Below, one piece after another: positions 1 through 12,223 of a stretch of DNA of 64,000 bases. The DNA is from Macrostomum hystrix (Eukaryota; Animalia; Platyhelminthes). Position 1 is the first letter of the stretch; every line of letters begins with the position of its first letter. The DNA lies in NCBI GenBank assembly GCA_950097015.1, contig CATNEN010000012.1, forward strand, positions 1,674,001 through 1,738,000. The letters are read 5' to 3'. The notes beneath the pieces are model-generated. The model worked only from the letters and a program-made list of their open reading frames with translations. It made no database searches and was not told where the DNA came from. The position numbers and the translations under genes are program-made.

Positions 1-65
1 CTTCAGGTCACTTGATGTATCCCAATCCTTCAGGTCACATGTGATATCCAATGCATTTTCCGCAG

Positions 66-2023
66 AGACGCCCAGGCGCTAGACGAAGTGCACATCGGCA
101 TTGTCGGCAAGTACGTGCAGTTCCAGGATGCGTACACCAGCATCATCAAGGCTCTGCAGCACGCCTCCCTGGATGCTAACCTGACGCTGCGCATCGAGTT
201 TATCAACTCTGAAGACCTAGAGCAGGACGCAGGTGCAGAACGCCGGGTAGCTTATCACCAGGCCTGGCAGCGGCTCTGCTCTGCCCAGGGCATCATTGTG
301 CCCGGCGGCTTTGGCGAGCGCGGAGTAGAAGGCAAAATTAATGCCATCGAATGGTGTCGCAAGATGCGTAGGCCATTTCTGGGTGAGATTACTTTAATTG
401 GCCTCAGTATCTAGATACCATTGATCTGATGAATAGTTTCGGTATCGATAATTTAATTAGTGATTTTTTTATTTTACATCATCAATTAATCAGTTAGCAA
501 TTGACAATTCGGGTATTGATATTTTCATTTTCAGCGATTTAATCTTCCATAATTCAGTTTTCAACAATGTGGGTATGCATAATTCAGTTTTCAACAATAT
601 CCGTAATTCAGTTTTCAACAATGTGGGTATCCATAATTCAGTTTTCAACAATGTGGGTATCCATAGTTCAGTTTTCAACAATGTGGGTATCCATAATTCA
701 GTTTTCAACAATGTGGGTATCTGTAATTCAGTTTTCAACAATGTGGGTATCCATAATTCAGTTTTCAACAATGTGGGTATCCATTATTCAGTTTTCAACA
801 ATGTGGGTATCCGTAATTCAGTTTTCAACAATGTGGGTATCCATAATTCAGTTTTCAACAATGTGGGTATCTGTAATTCAGTTTTCAACAATGTGGGTAT
901 CCATAATTCAGTTTTCAACAATGTGGGTATCCATTATTCAGTTTTCAACAATGTGGGTATCCGTAATTCAGTTTTCAACAATGTGGGTATCCGTAATTCA
1001 GTTTTCAACAATGTGGGTATCCATAGTTCAGTTTTCAACAATGTGGGTATCCATAATTCAGTTTTCAACAATGTGGGTATCCATTATTCAGTTTTCAACA
1101 ATGTGGGTATCCGTAATTCAGTTTTCAACAATGTGGGTATCCGTAATTCAGTTTTCAACAATGTGGGTATCCGTAATTCAGTTTTCAACAATGTGGGTAT
1201 CCGTAATTCAGTTTTCAACAATGTGGGTATCCATAATTCAGTTTTCAACAATGTGGGTATCCATAGTTCAGTTTTCAACAATGTGGGTATCCGTAATTCA
1301 TTTTTTAATAATAACTATTTAGGTTTTAATAGTTCAGTTATTGATAACTTAGATTTCGACCATAAGTGCTGCATATTTTATTTTAAATGAACTGTCCAAT
1401 CCCATTCGACTAATCTACCAGGCATCTGTCTGGGCATGCAGTGCGCCGTTATTGAATTCGCTCGCAATGTACTCGGCTGGCGAGACGCCAATAGTACAGA
1501 ATTTGCCAAGGACACCCAGCACCCCGTGGTGATTGACATGCCCGAATTCAATCCGGGGGACATGGGCGGCACAATGCGCTTAGGCAAGCGTCGGACCACC
1601 TTCACAGTGGACCAGTCGGTCAGCACGGTGCGCCGCCTGTACAGAAATGCGCCCTACATCGAAGAGCGGCATCGGCATCGTTTCGAAGTGAATCCGCGCA
1701 TGATTGACGAACTCGAACAGCAGGGCCTGCGATTCACCGGTCGCGACGGCGACCGCATGGAAGTGCTGGAACTGGCCGACCATCCTTACTTTGTTGGCGT
1801 CCAGTTTCATCCCGAGTACCTCAGCAGGCCGATGCGCCCCAGCCCTGTCTTCACTGGCCTAGTCCTAGCTGTCAGCGGCGGCCTCAAGAAGGCCCACAGG
1901 GTGCGGCTACTGTCGCAGCAGCGATCCGCCTCCATCGACGAGTCGGTCGATCAGATCAAAGCCTTGAGCTTCAACCACACGCCTGGCATTGTTGGCAGTG
2001 GCGACTCTCTAGCCGAGAACTGA
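66..2023 (+). CDS. CTPS: CTP synthase, 3' part (glutamine amidotransferase domain); last two exons
   Basis: Exons ~66-382 and 1422-2023 join in phase 1 (G|GC) to restore FLGICLGMQ (catalytic Cys). Also [21 protein letters not shown] and QFHPE motifs. Upstream exons lie outside the window. Confidence 0.96.
549..1299. repeat. 30-bp minisatellite (ATAATTCAGTTTTCAACAATGTGGGTATCC), ~25 copies, in CTPS intron
   Basis: Direct reading; the variant unit CTGTAATTCA recurs at 721 and 871 (150-bp period). Confidence 0.97.
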
Positions 2024-2476
2024 TTTAGTTGCTGGCCTATCCGTGTATTACCTCCGCCACGGAGCTGGTCCTTTAGTGTGCCACCCGCTGACCCACTGCC
2101 TCCAAATCCATTTTAATAATTTCACCTGGTATGCTTTAGCAATACTATTTTAGAATGCTCTCACCGAACAAGTTTTTTTGCATTTGTTAAGTTCTAATTA
2201 GTTTCAGTTTAGTTCCTCGACCTATTTAGTTCTATGCGAGCGAGCAGTGTAGTGTCCCCAATGGAACGACTGTCGCTTGAAAATTTACAAAAGCAAACTA
2301 ACACACTATATTTATGTTTAGTCTGTCTTTTTGTCATTTTATTTTCGCTTTCTTAGCACTATTTGGTTTTCTACACTTTATATTAGTAATATAGTGATTG
2401 TAATACATTTATGCCTTGATCGCACTGAACTCTCCCTGAATATGTCTCGCACTGAATTGATACATTAAACTTTCCC

Positions 2477-2697
2477 TCATTCCCTCAGTTAGCAGCCGCT
2501 ACCTCCTGCCCCCATTACCTCAGTTGGCAGCCGCTACCTCCTGCCCCCATTCCCTCAGTTGGCAGCCGCTACCTCCTGCCCCCATTCCCTCAGTTGGCAG
2601 CCGCTACCTCCTGCCCCCATTCCCTCAGTTGCAGCCGCTACCCCCTGCCCCCATTCCCTCAGTTGGCAGCCGCTGCCCCCTGCCCCCATTCCCTCAT
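2477..2697. repeat. 35-bp tandem repeat (CATTCCCTCAGTTGGCAGCCGCTACCTCCTGCCCC), ~6 copies
   Basis: Direct reading, downstream of the CTPS stop. Confidence 0.93.
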
Positions 2698-3763
2698 TCA
2701 GTGGACAGTCAAGTGGCAAGTTTTATCAGGTTTATTTTTCGTAGACCTTTCCATAAAAGCAAGCAGACTTTGGTGTCTAATTTTAGTTTTTAGCAATGCA
2801 AAGCAGTGAGCGAGGCTTTCTTGTATTTGAAGCGTACCCGAGTGTGTTTTTCTTTGATAAATTTATTTTTCGTCTCTTTTTCGGCATTTTAATTAGTCAA
2901 ACACAAGAAGAACCTTTTCAGCTTGATTGTCCGTTGTTTCTAAGTTGCGATTTAACGCATTCAAATTTTCTTTTTAAGCTTATCTTTCTCAATCTACAAT
3001 ATTTAACCTGCTGCCCTCAATTGCTACTGTTAGTAGCCTAATGGTTATATTTTGCAAAGGATTTTGAAAGAGAAAAAAACATGTGCAACTTAGAATTCTC
3101 GCATTTTGCAATCTATTAGCGACTACTATAGAATAAATGGATATTAGACTTTTAGTACGATCCGATATAGTGATTTGGTAAGTAAATTGGTAAGGATAGT
3201 CTGCATATTGGGAGGAAATCTGACTGCGGAAATTCATAAAAATTACCAACTATTTTTAAATACCCGTACTTTGCAATCATGTTTCATGTAGGCAGGCCTT
3301 CTGTGCCCATTCTCCGACAATTCACGAGGACCGCATCTGAAACAGTTTTTCATTTATTTTAGTATAATCATGCTGTTGCTCTTGTGCTTTTTCATTTTGC
3401 ATGTTCAATGTATGAGCATAGTTTATGCCGCGATTTTAAATCAGCTGGAGAGTGTAAGTTGTTTGCTAAGCATTGGATTAGTGTCCGCGTAAGCATTAGT
3501 TTTGTTAGCTAATTGTGCTAAGAACTTATAATATAATACCCATTATAAGCTGTAATTCTGTGCCATCAGATACAGTTGGATTCTAAATCGAAGTTTGTGA
3601 AGAAAGTTGGGCTTCAGTGAACATTCTTGAAATGCTTTCATCATTTTTATGTCAGTAGTTACTCAGCACATTAGGTAACTCAGTACAATAGGTAACTCAG
3701 TACATTAGGAACTCAGTACATTAGGTATTCAGCACATTAGGTACTCAGTGCATTAGGTAACTC

Positions 3764-4355
3764 GGGGCGACTGGGTCAGCGGCTAGCGTCAGCGACTAAC
3801 TCCAATGGACGCTAGTTCGATTCTCCCTTCAAGTCACGATTAATTTCGAGACTTGTTGGAGGGTTTGGACAGTAGCGACCGGCGGAGGTGCACCATATTT
3901 CGTGCAATCAAAGCTTGAAATAATAGCTTCGCTCCTACCTTCTGTGTGCCTGTTCTGCGTTGTGTGAGTTCTGTGCGTTGGCGCTGGGGCGTGAGGCCTT
4001 GCGGTGGGGTTGCTAGGGGCGGGTGTACACCGCCGCGCGCTTTCTGGACTTCCGTCAGCGCGATTGGATAAGTGTGTGTACACTCATCACCCGCCCCCCC
4101 CTGAGGACTTATTTCATACCCCGGCTTGGTCTGCTCTGTGCGTGTGGGGCTGGGGTGGGGGGCACTGCTGCCTATTCTGGGTGCCTCCTGCCCTCCCCGG
4201 CTGGTCCGTGCTGCTGTGTGTGGTGCCTGCTCAAGAAGTCAAGGGAGGCGGCTCGATGGGCGCTAAGCGCCTAGTTCGCCGGTCTGGGGGCGTGCCGCTC
4301 CGTCGCTTGTGCGACAAGTGCCCCGGGCCCCCCTGCAAATAGATAGAGATAGAGA
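3764..4355 (+). mobile_element. tRNA-derived SINE (~590 bp) with 13-bp target-site duplication
   Basis: 5' GGGGCG start, A-box-like TGGGTCAGCGG (3772-3782), B-box-like GTTCGATTC (3815-3823), 3' (AGATAG)-type tail. CATTAGGTAACTC flanks both sides (3751-3763, 4356-4368). Confidence 0.75.
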
Positions 4356-5395
4356 CATTAGGTAACTCAGCACATTAGGTATTCAGCACATTAGGTAACT
4401 CAGCACATTAGGTAACTCAGCACATTATGTAACTCAGCACATTAGGTATTCAGCACATTAGGTAACTCAGCACATTAGGTAACTCAGCACATTAGGTATT
4501 CAGCACATTAGGTAACTCAGCACATTAGGTATTCAGCACATTAGGTAACTCAGCACATTAGGTATTCAGCACATTAGGTGACTCAGCACATTAGGTATTC
4601 AGCACATTAGGTAACTCAGCACATTAGGTAACTCAGCACATTAGGTAACTCAGCACATTAGGTATTCAGCACATTAGGTAACTCAGCACATTAGGTATTC
4701 AGCACATTAGGTACTCAGTACACTAGGTACTCAGTACACTAGGTACTCAGTACACTAGGTAACTCAGTACACTAGGTACTCAGTACACTAGGTAACTCAG
4801 TACACTAGGTAACTCAGCACATTAGGTATTCAGCACATTAGGTAACTCAGCACACTAGGTAACTCAGTACACTAGGTACTCAGTACACTAGGTAACTCAG
4901 TACACTAGGTAACTCAGCACATTAGGTATTCAGTACACTAGGTACTCAGTACACTTAACTCAGTACACTAGGTACTCAGTACACTAGGTAACTCAGTACA
5001 CTAGGTAACTCAGCACATTAGGTAACTCAGCACATTAGGTATTCAGCACATTAGGTATTCAGCACACTAGGTACTCAGTACACTCGGTAACTCAGTACAC
5101 TAGGTAACTCAGTACACTAGGTACTCAGTACACTAGGTACTCAGTACACTTAACTCAGTACACTAGGTACTCAGTACACTCGGTAACTCAGTACACTAGG
5201 TAACTCAGTACACTAGGTACTCAGTACACTAGGTACTCAGTACACTAGGTACTCAGTACACTAGGTACCTCAGTACACTAGGTACTCAGTACACTAGGTA
5301 CCTCAGTACACTAGGTACCTCAGTACACTAGGTACTCAGTACACTTGGTTCTCAGTACACTTGGTTCTCAGTACACTTGGTACTCAGTACACTAG

Positions 5396-5678
5396 TGTGA
5401 AGTCGTGGGTCTATTGAAGAACAGAAGCAAACGCGTTGAGCAGATTGCAGGACAGTCACACGCGCAAACTCTAGCCGTTCACCTTAGATGCATATATATT
5501 GTGCCCGACCGGCATGATTCGGCAATTACACGAGATAGCAATAGGGTGGAGGATGGGTGGTTGTGTACGACTTATCGAAGTAAATAACAGCGGCGGGGGT
5601 GGCGCGCGCGCACTTAAATAGACTCACCTAACAACGACAGTGACTGCACTAACAATTTTCAATTGTCATAGCCCGACA
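5396..5678. mobile_element. Probable solo LTR (283 bp)
   Basis: Unique insert in the minisatellite that begins TG and ends CA, flanked by 5-bp direct repeat ACTAG (5391-5395, 5679-5683). Confidence 0.55.
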
Positions 5679-6939
5679 ACTAGGTACTCAGTACACTAGG
5701 TACTCAGTACATTAGGTATTCAGCACATTAGGTACTTAGTACTTAGATCATAATTTTCCGGGATGCTGTTCTACCCGGGATTGAGGATCCCGGGAATAGT
5801 CCCGACTTTCTCTATGAAAATTGGACATAAATCACATTAAGAAATTCGTTGTACAAACGTATACAACATAACGGCAGTCGTTATTTTCGTAATGAATCTA
5901 AGATTTAATCTGTCTAAGATTTAATCTCACACAGATTCCACCAACACCAAAGTTGTACTAGGGGTTACTTCAATCCTAGCTGACACCAAAGTTGTTACAG
6001 GCCTCTCTTCTACCTTCTATGCGGTAGCGTGAATCAAACTTCCAGTCCTAGGCGTTCCGATGGATCGGAGGGTCCTAATTCCCCGCCTAAATATCCCTAA
6101 TTACCCCTAAATACCCACAATTCTGTGTAATTAATCTAGGTATTTCGTCTGAGCAATCAGTCTCCATAATTAGTCTTAGTAATTCGACTCTGTAATTGAT
6201 CTCTGTCATTATTCTGACTTCTGAGTAGGGGTGTTCGGGATGGAAATTTTTTCGGGGTTCTGGATCGGGGAAAACCCCTTTCGGGACCATCTTTCCATCT
6301 TTCCATAAGACCATCATTCGGGGATCCCGGACCTCATCCCAAGCATTTTTTCGGGAACCCCGAACACTGAAATAGCAAAAGTACTCTAAACGTAAATACG
6401 AGTATTTATGGGTGACGGAGGGTAAAAAGTTGTTTCTGGAAGGACAGACAAAGTGGCCTCGCTCGTATTTAAGAGATAAAAGCACAATTCGCAATTCAAA
6501 GAACCAGGTCGAAGTCACCAAGATAAATAACTAACAACAAACTGAGCCAATTTTTCATGCATTGATTTTTATGACCTTGCTTAATTAATTTTACTCATTA
6601 GAATATAAGTATATAACTTGTTAATAAATCAAATTTTCAATTTGCGCGATGCCTGCCACTGCCAGTAAGCGACAATATTTTTTTTCTCTACATATTTGTT
6701 TATTTTTTATTAGTGTTTTAGATGGCACAGAATCTTTGTATAATTCCCAAGAAAATTCCCGGGATTGGGTGAAATTTGGCGGGATCCCGGGATTGGGATT
6801 TCCCGGGATTGATAGGGGGTCGGGAAATTGCAATCCCTACTCTGGAGGGACATTGGTGCGAGAGGCAGTTAAATGCTCTGCCAGTCACCCCGCATCAAAT
6901 TGGAGCTAGAAGTACTTTAAATCAGATCTGACAACAGGC

Positions 6940-8437
6940 TTAAAGATGAAAGAATCCAGTACTGTGCCGAAGTGCCGCCTTCCAAACTCGCCGATGCAGA
7001 CTGGGCAATGGCGCACCATCTGGGCTGGCCAGCACGATGGAGCTGGACACCGGCGGCCCGGCGTGTCTCGGATGCAGCCAGTCCGAGTCCCAGCCGCTGA
7101 GCCAGTGCATCCGCCGGGCCCCGAGTGCCCCACCGAGCACTCCGGTCACGAAGATGTCTTCCAGGCGAAGGTGATTCCTCCAGGCGGCGCACTTTAATAA
7201 CCGCGGAGGGAGGTCGCCCGACATAAGGTAGGCAAGGCCCTTGCAGTGCAGCGGAAACTTCGCCTCTGGCCACTCCGCCTCGCTCACGTACCACTGATAG
7301 CTGGAAAGCGAGATTCGATCCTCATTGGCTGCTGTTCTGCAGTAGAATGTGTTGTTCAATCCTGCCATGCGCTCAGTTACCAAGACGACCAGTTGGAACA
7401 CATTCACAAATACAAAGTCGTCAACCTTCAGCAGGTACTGGGCACCGGAACAGTGCTGATGAGCCCAGCGCAGGCCATAAAGTGCTTTGCAGGTTGACGC
7501 GCGCGGTTGGCCATCCGGTGAGCAAGGCACCTGTACGAGGTCGGCCGTCTCTTCGCTTTCAGCCTGCAACTCGGCCTGCTGCGTGTCTGTCACTGTGGCC
7601 CCAATAACAAACGCGACAACGAGGCGATGCCCGTTGATGTTGTTCAAGGAGGCCCACGTGCTGCGAATCAGATCGCGCCGCTTCCGCTGGCCGAACTCGC
7701 TGTGCACCAGAACCAGTAGGAGCGGCCTGCCGCTGCACAGGCGGCTCTCGCTGAGAACGAAGTCGCCGGGAGTGTGATCAATCTGCTTGCCCGAGGCCGG
7801 ACTGAAGCCGGGCGACCAACAGCGCTCTCGAATGCTCAGTTGCCACTTAGAGCTAGTTAAGTTGTTGAAGGATTCATTTCCAGCAGGTTCATGCTCTGGG
7901 ACACTGGCTATGGTCGCCGGTTGTGTTGTCCGGGCCGCTTGACGCAATCGAGTCTGCAAATGGAGTCGTTTTACCTTTTTAGGAAGTAAGCCTCAATCAA
8001 TACGAGCACACAACGGTACTTTTATCCGATTGCTAGCCTCGTCAGTCCATACAATACCATCCCAACAACCACAATCCTGGCAGTTCAACTGTATCATAAG
8101 ACTTTTTCTCAAATCACTTTTCCCTTTTTAACATGAGCTTTGAATTAACCTACAGCTTACAACTACGAGCGTAGATGTCAACAGACCAACATTTTGCTTG
8201 AGACATCCAAGTGAGTTTTTGTTTTCCTTATACCCTGGTAATCTTCCGATGTGCTGAATGATGCTGCGGCTGCGGCGGACGTGGCGTCGACATCAGCAGC
8301 TGCGGAATCATCGATTGCTGATTGTCAATGACATCCGCTGGCTTGATGTCGCCCTGCTGCGATACCACTAACAGCAGGCATGTGACACTGCAGCTCAGAG
8401 CAATGAGAGTCCATAGCCAGCGACTAATCTGCCGCAT
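6940..8437 (-). CDS. GT31-family beta-1,3-galactosyltransferase/GlcNAc-transferase-like type II membrane protein
   Basis: Exons 8234-8437 (ATG, hydrophobic anchor WLWTLIALSCSVTCLLLVV) and 6940-7953, joined in phase 0. Motifs RDLIRSTW, YLLKVDDFVFVN (DxD), CKGLAYLMS, EDIFVTG. Confidence 0.92.
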
Positions 8438-8959
8438 ACCTGCGTCACTGGAATGCTTTCACTGGGATTGCAGAAAAATCTTGACGATTTTATCTTCCTT
8501 CCTGATGATGGACGCTGTGTAAGTTCACATCTATACTGGCTGCAATGATACAGAGAAGTGAGAGATGTGCAGTTGGAAAATATGCAGAACTCCCTTCTGG
8601 ATGTAGAAATAGAACGTGCTTTTATGGGTTAATAGCAGGCTAACTCGATTGAGCAAACACACATTTGTACAGGGCAGCAGTATTTACATACGTCTTTCTG
8701 CTGAGTAATTGTTTTCGTCACTGCAGGTGTACATTTTTGTGCAGTTCTGTTGTAGAGGTGAGGAAAGTCTTGCTAAATTGTGAGCGCGTGCTCAAATAGC
8801 GTATTGTTATTGAGTTTCCCAGTAAGCGGAAAATGATAGGTGTTTTTATCTAATTAGTAAAATGTTTTAAAGCAACAATGCCACGTAAGAAAAAAAGAAA
8901 AATGACCAGGAAATAGAGAAACCAATGATTTCGGCATCACACGACACAAGCTTCCCGAC

Positions 8960-9545
8960 ACCCATCTACAGACCTGACACCCATCTACCACCCTGACACC
9001 CATCTACAGACCTGACACCCATCTACCACCCTGACACCCATCTACCTACCTGACAATCATATGCCTACCTGACACCCTTCTACCTACCTGACAATCATAT
9101 GCCTACCTGACACCCATCTACCTACCTGACACCATCTACCTACTTGACACCTAGCTACCAACCTGATATCCATCTACCAACCTGACACCCATTTACCTAC
9201 CTGACAACCATCTACAGACCTGACACCTATCTATCTACCTAACACCCATCTACAGACCTTACAGACCTGACACCCATCTACCTACCTGACACCCATCTAC
9301 CGACCTGAGAACCATCTACCTACCTGACACCTATCTACCGACCTGACACCATCTACCTACCTGACACCCATCTTACCAACCTGACACCCATCTACCGACC
9401 TGAAAATCATATACCTACCTGACACCCATCTACCGACCTGAGAACCATCTACCTACCTGACACCTATCTACAGACCTGACACCCATCACCTACCTGACAC
9501 CTATCTACCTCCCTGACAATCAAATACCTGTCTGATAATCATTTA
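8960..9545. repeat. Degenerate ~19-bp repeat (CTACCTACCTGACACCCAT)
   Basis: Direct reading. Confidence 0.85.
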
Positions 9546-9677
9546 CCTACCCGATGGAGCACGGAACCTCATGAGTCCATGACTCTGTAATAAGCACATC
9601 ACTCGGTATTCTACAACAACTTCGTAGCTCGTACGTCCCTTCTTATTCTGACTCCTGCGGCGTTCCTTCGGGTCTAT

Positions 9678-10448
9678 GAGAATTTCCCGCACGAGATTTT
9701 CCCCGCAGCGAGTTTTTCCCGCAGCGAGTTTTTCCCGTCGAGTTTTTCCCGCAGCGAGTTTTTCCCGCAGCGAGTTTTTCCCGTCGAGTTTTTCCCGCAG
9801 CGAGTTTTTCCCGCAGCGAGTTTTTCCCGTCGAGTTTTTCCCGCAGCGAGTTTTTCCCGTCGAGTTTTTCCCGCAGCGAGTTTTTCCCGCAGCGAGTTTT
9901 TCCCGTCGAGTTTTTCCCGCAGCGAGTTTTTCCCGTCGAGTTTTTTCCGCACGAGATTTTCCCGCAGCGAGTTTTTATCGCAGACTTTTTCCCGCAGAAA
10001 GATTTTCCCGCAAGAAATTTCTCGTGATTGCCTGTTTACCTTCCTACCTGTCCGTCCGTCTGTCTGTCTGTCTGTCTGCCTGCCTGCCTGGCTACCTGTG
10101 TCGACAGACAGACAGGTAGGAAGGTAAACAGGCAATCACGGGAAATTTCTTGCGGGAAAATCTTTCTGCCGGAAAAGTCTGTGCGGGTAAAATTCGTGCG
10201 GGAAAATCTCAGCAGTAAAAGCTCGGCAGGAAAATCTCGGCGGGAAAATTTCCTTCGGGAAACTCTCGCTGTGGTAAAAAACTCGCTGCGGGAGAATCTC
10301 GTGCGGGAAAAACTCGTGCGGGAAAACTCGACGGGAAAAACTCGACGGGAAAAACTCGCTGCGGGAAAAACTCGCTGCGGGAGAATCTCGTGCGAGAAAA
10401 ACTCGTGCGGGGAAAGCTCGGCGGGAAAAATTCCTGTGGGAAATTCTC
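9678..10448. mobile_element. Foldback-like element: long inverted arms built of 14-16-bp subrepeats around a ~58-bp spacer
   Basis: Starts GAGAATTTCCC and ends GGGAAATTCTC. Inner arm TTCCCGCAAGAAATTTCTCGTGATTGCCTGTTTACCTTCCTACCTGTC (ends 10052) is the reverse complement, with one mismatch, of the sequence from 10111. No TSD seen. Confidence 0.65.
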
Positions 10449-12223
10449 GTGCTCCCGTTACTTCACTGCTTGATTAACTCTCGATTCCACGGGCGTATAG
10501 ACTGCCACTGATAAACGGGAAGGCAGGGGCTGTGGTTCTGTTATCTTATCTCCCTCCATCCTCTAACTATGACAGTCTAATAAACTGATATTTATTGTCG
10601 GACAAGAGGATGGGCAGTCAAAGCAATTAATTTGTAGTAAAGTATAAAACATCATAGGATGGCTTATATTAACTTTTAATCGCACCATATAAAACATCGG
10701 CTCTTTATGTGTGTCAACAATGCGTTTGCGACTCCTTTTCCACAATCCACACTCGTCTCCACTCCTCAACCTCAACAAACTTCACACCTCGCGGTCTGTG
10801 TTCAGGAGATGTTTAGAGTTGCGAGCGGCCCGAGGCTGGTGCTGTCTATTTTTCCTTCCGCTTCTGATCCAGTTCTGTTAGTTATAAGTCGATGCTCTGT
10901 TTACTGTTGTTATTCTGGGCATCCTTGCCCAGAATAAAGACTCAATCCCTGAACTAAAGTGCATTAAGTTAAGTCAGCCTGAACCCAAATATAATGTACA
11001 GACTACACTACCGAGTGCAGATTAAAATAAAAATATAAATATTTCTTCAAAATTAAAAACTTATTACTGAAGCATTTAGAGCGGGAGAGAATTCTATCAT
11101 AACAACAACTAAGCACAACTAAGCTTACCACGCAGTGGCCTGGAAAGGGGCGAGAAGTCAGAGGGCGCGCTTCTGGGCCATTATAAAAAGTCACAACCCT
11201 CTGCTTTGTCAAGGGCTGGTACGTATAGTACGTACCTAAGGTCATTTAAATACACAAAATAATTATCCTGCAGGCTGCTCTTGCAGTTTATATATTTGAA
11301 TTGATTTGTAATTTTGTACCTTTAATCATTGTTTTTTTGTTGGACTTGATTGAAAGTGTCAGGGTGCAGAGTCAACAGGCGTTTAGATCTAGATGCTTCA
11401 CCCTTTAATTTGTTAATTTGCACATCCCAAAAATCTGAGCTATAGAAAACGTTTGGTGCATATTTACTAATTGGATTCTATTGTAAACTGGACTGCATAA
11501 TGTTCGCACGTGTTATTTCACTCCTAATATTACAGCTAGTGTCTAAAACTTTTCACTCCTAATATTACAGCTAGTGTCTAAAACTTGATTGGCTGTGGGG
11601 CAGAGGGAAAGGCAGAAATAAACCTGCGAAGATCTACCCATTCCTTACCCTCAACTTACATCAACCCCGTTAAAGGGTTTAGAGGGTAAGAGGTTGAATT
11701 TTAGCGAGCTCGCAAGTTAATAGGAGTAATGGGGTGGGGGGCCTGTCTGGTGGGGGTGTGTGAATTGGGGTGGGTTCAGACTAAGGAAAGCCTAAATGAT
11801 TTGATAAATAGTGGCTCGATGGGCCCCAAGACCCCCCTTAGACTGGCTGCGCTTCAAATTAAGCCTTAAGTTAAGGAGCCCTAGGCTTTTTTATACACGA
11901 AAGAAAGCCACCACACTAAAGATTCAAGACCATAGCCTAATATTGTTTGTAAAGACCACAGGCCTGCCTTCACCGAGCCAGTTTCTGAGAACTTAATATA
12001 CCCCAGCCTAATCTCTGTTCTTGATTTGACATCTATCATTTTCTGTGTCGACATTTTCGAGATTTTGCAGGTAAGCCAATATATAATTTTTTAGTTTATA
12101 GTTGCTTTTTATTTGAACTTGTCTAAATGACAGTTGTTGATAAAAGTCTTCTGCTGGGAGTTTTTCAAAACTAATCAAATAAACTGGCCTGTATTTCTTT
12201 ACCTTGCCCTGTGAGACAGTCAG

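Larger units (their letters stand above)
3660..5740. repeat. 16/17-bp minisatellite (CAGCACATTAGGTAACT grading to CAGTACACTAGGTACT), interrupted by two insertions
   Basis: Array segments ~3660-3763, 4356-5395 and 5679-5740. Confidence 0.95.

Noticed and set aside
490-1390. Repeat-derived ORFs (also at 13023-13429, 16427-17283, 41039-41831, 47954-48982, 9674-10477)
   Set aside because: Translations simply mirror minisatellite units and most lie inside introns of supported genes.
5750-6840. CCCGGGAT-rich blocks ending GCAATCCCTA (possible DNA-transposon end) and the 144-aa ORF at 6087-6521
   Set aside because: No matching opposite terminal repeat or TSD was found, and the ORF has no recognisable motif.
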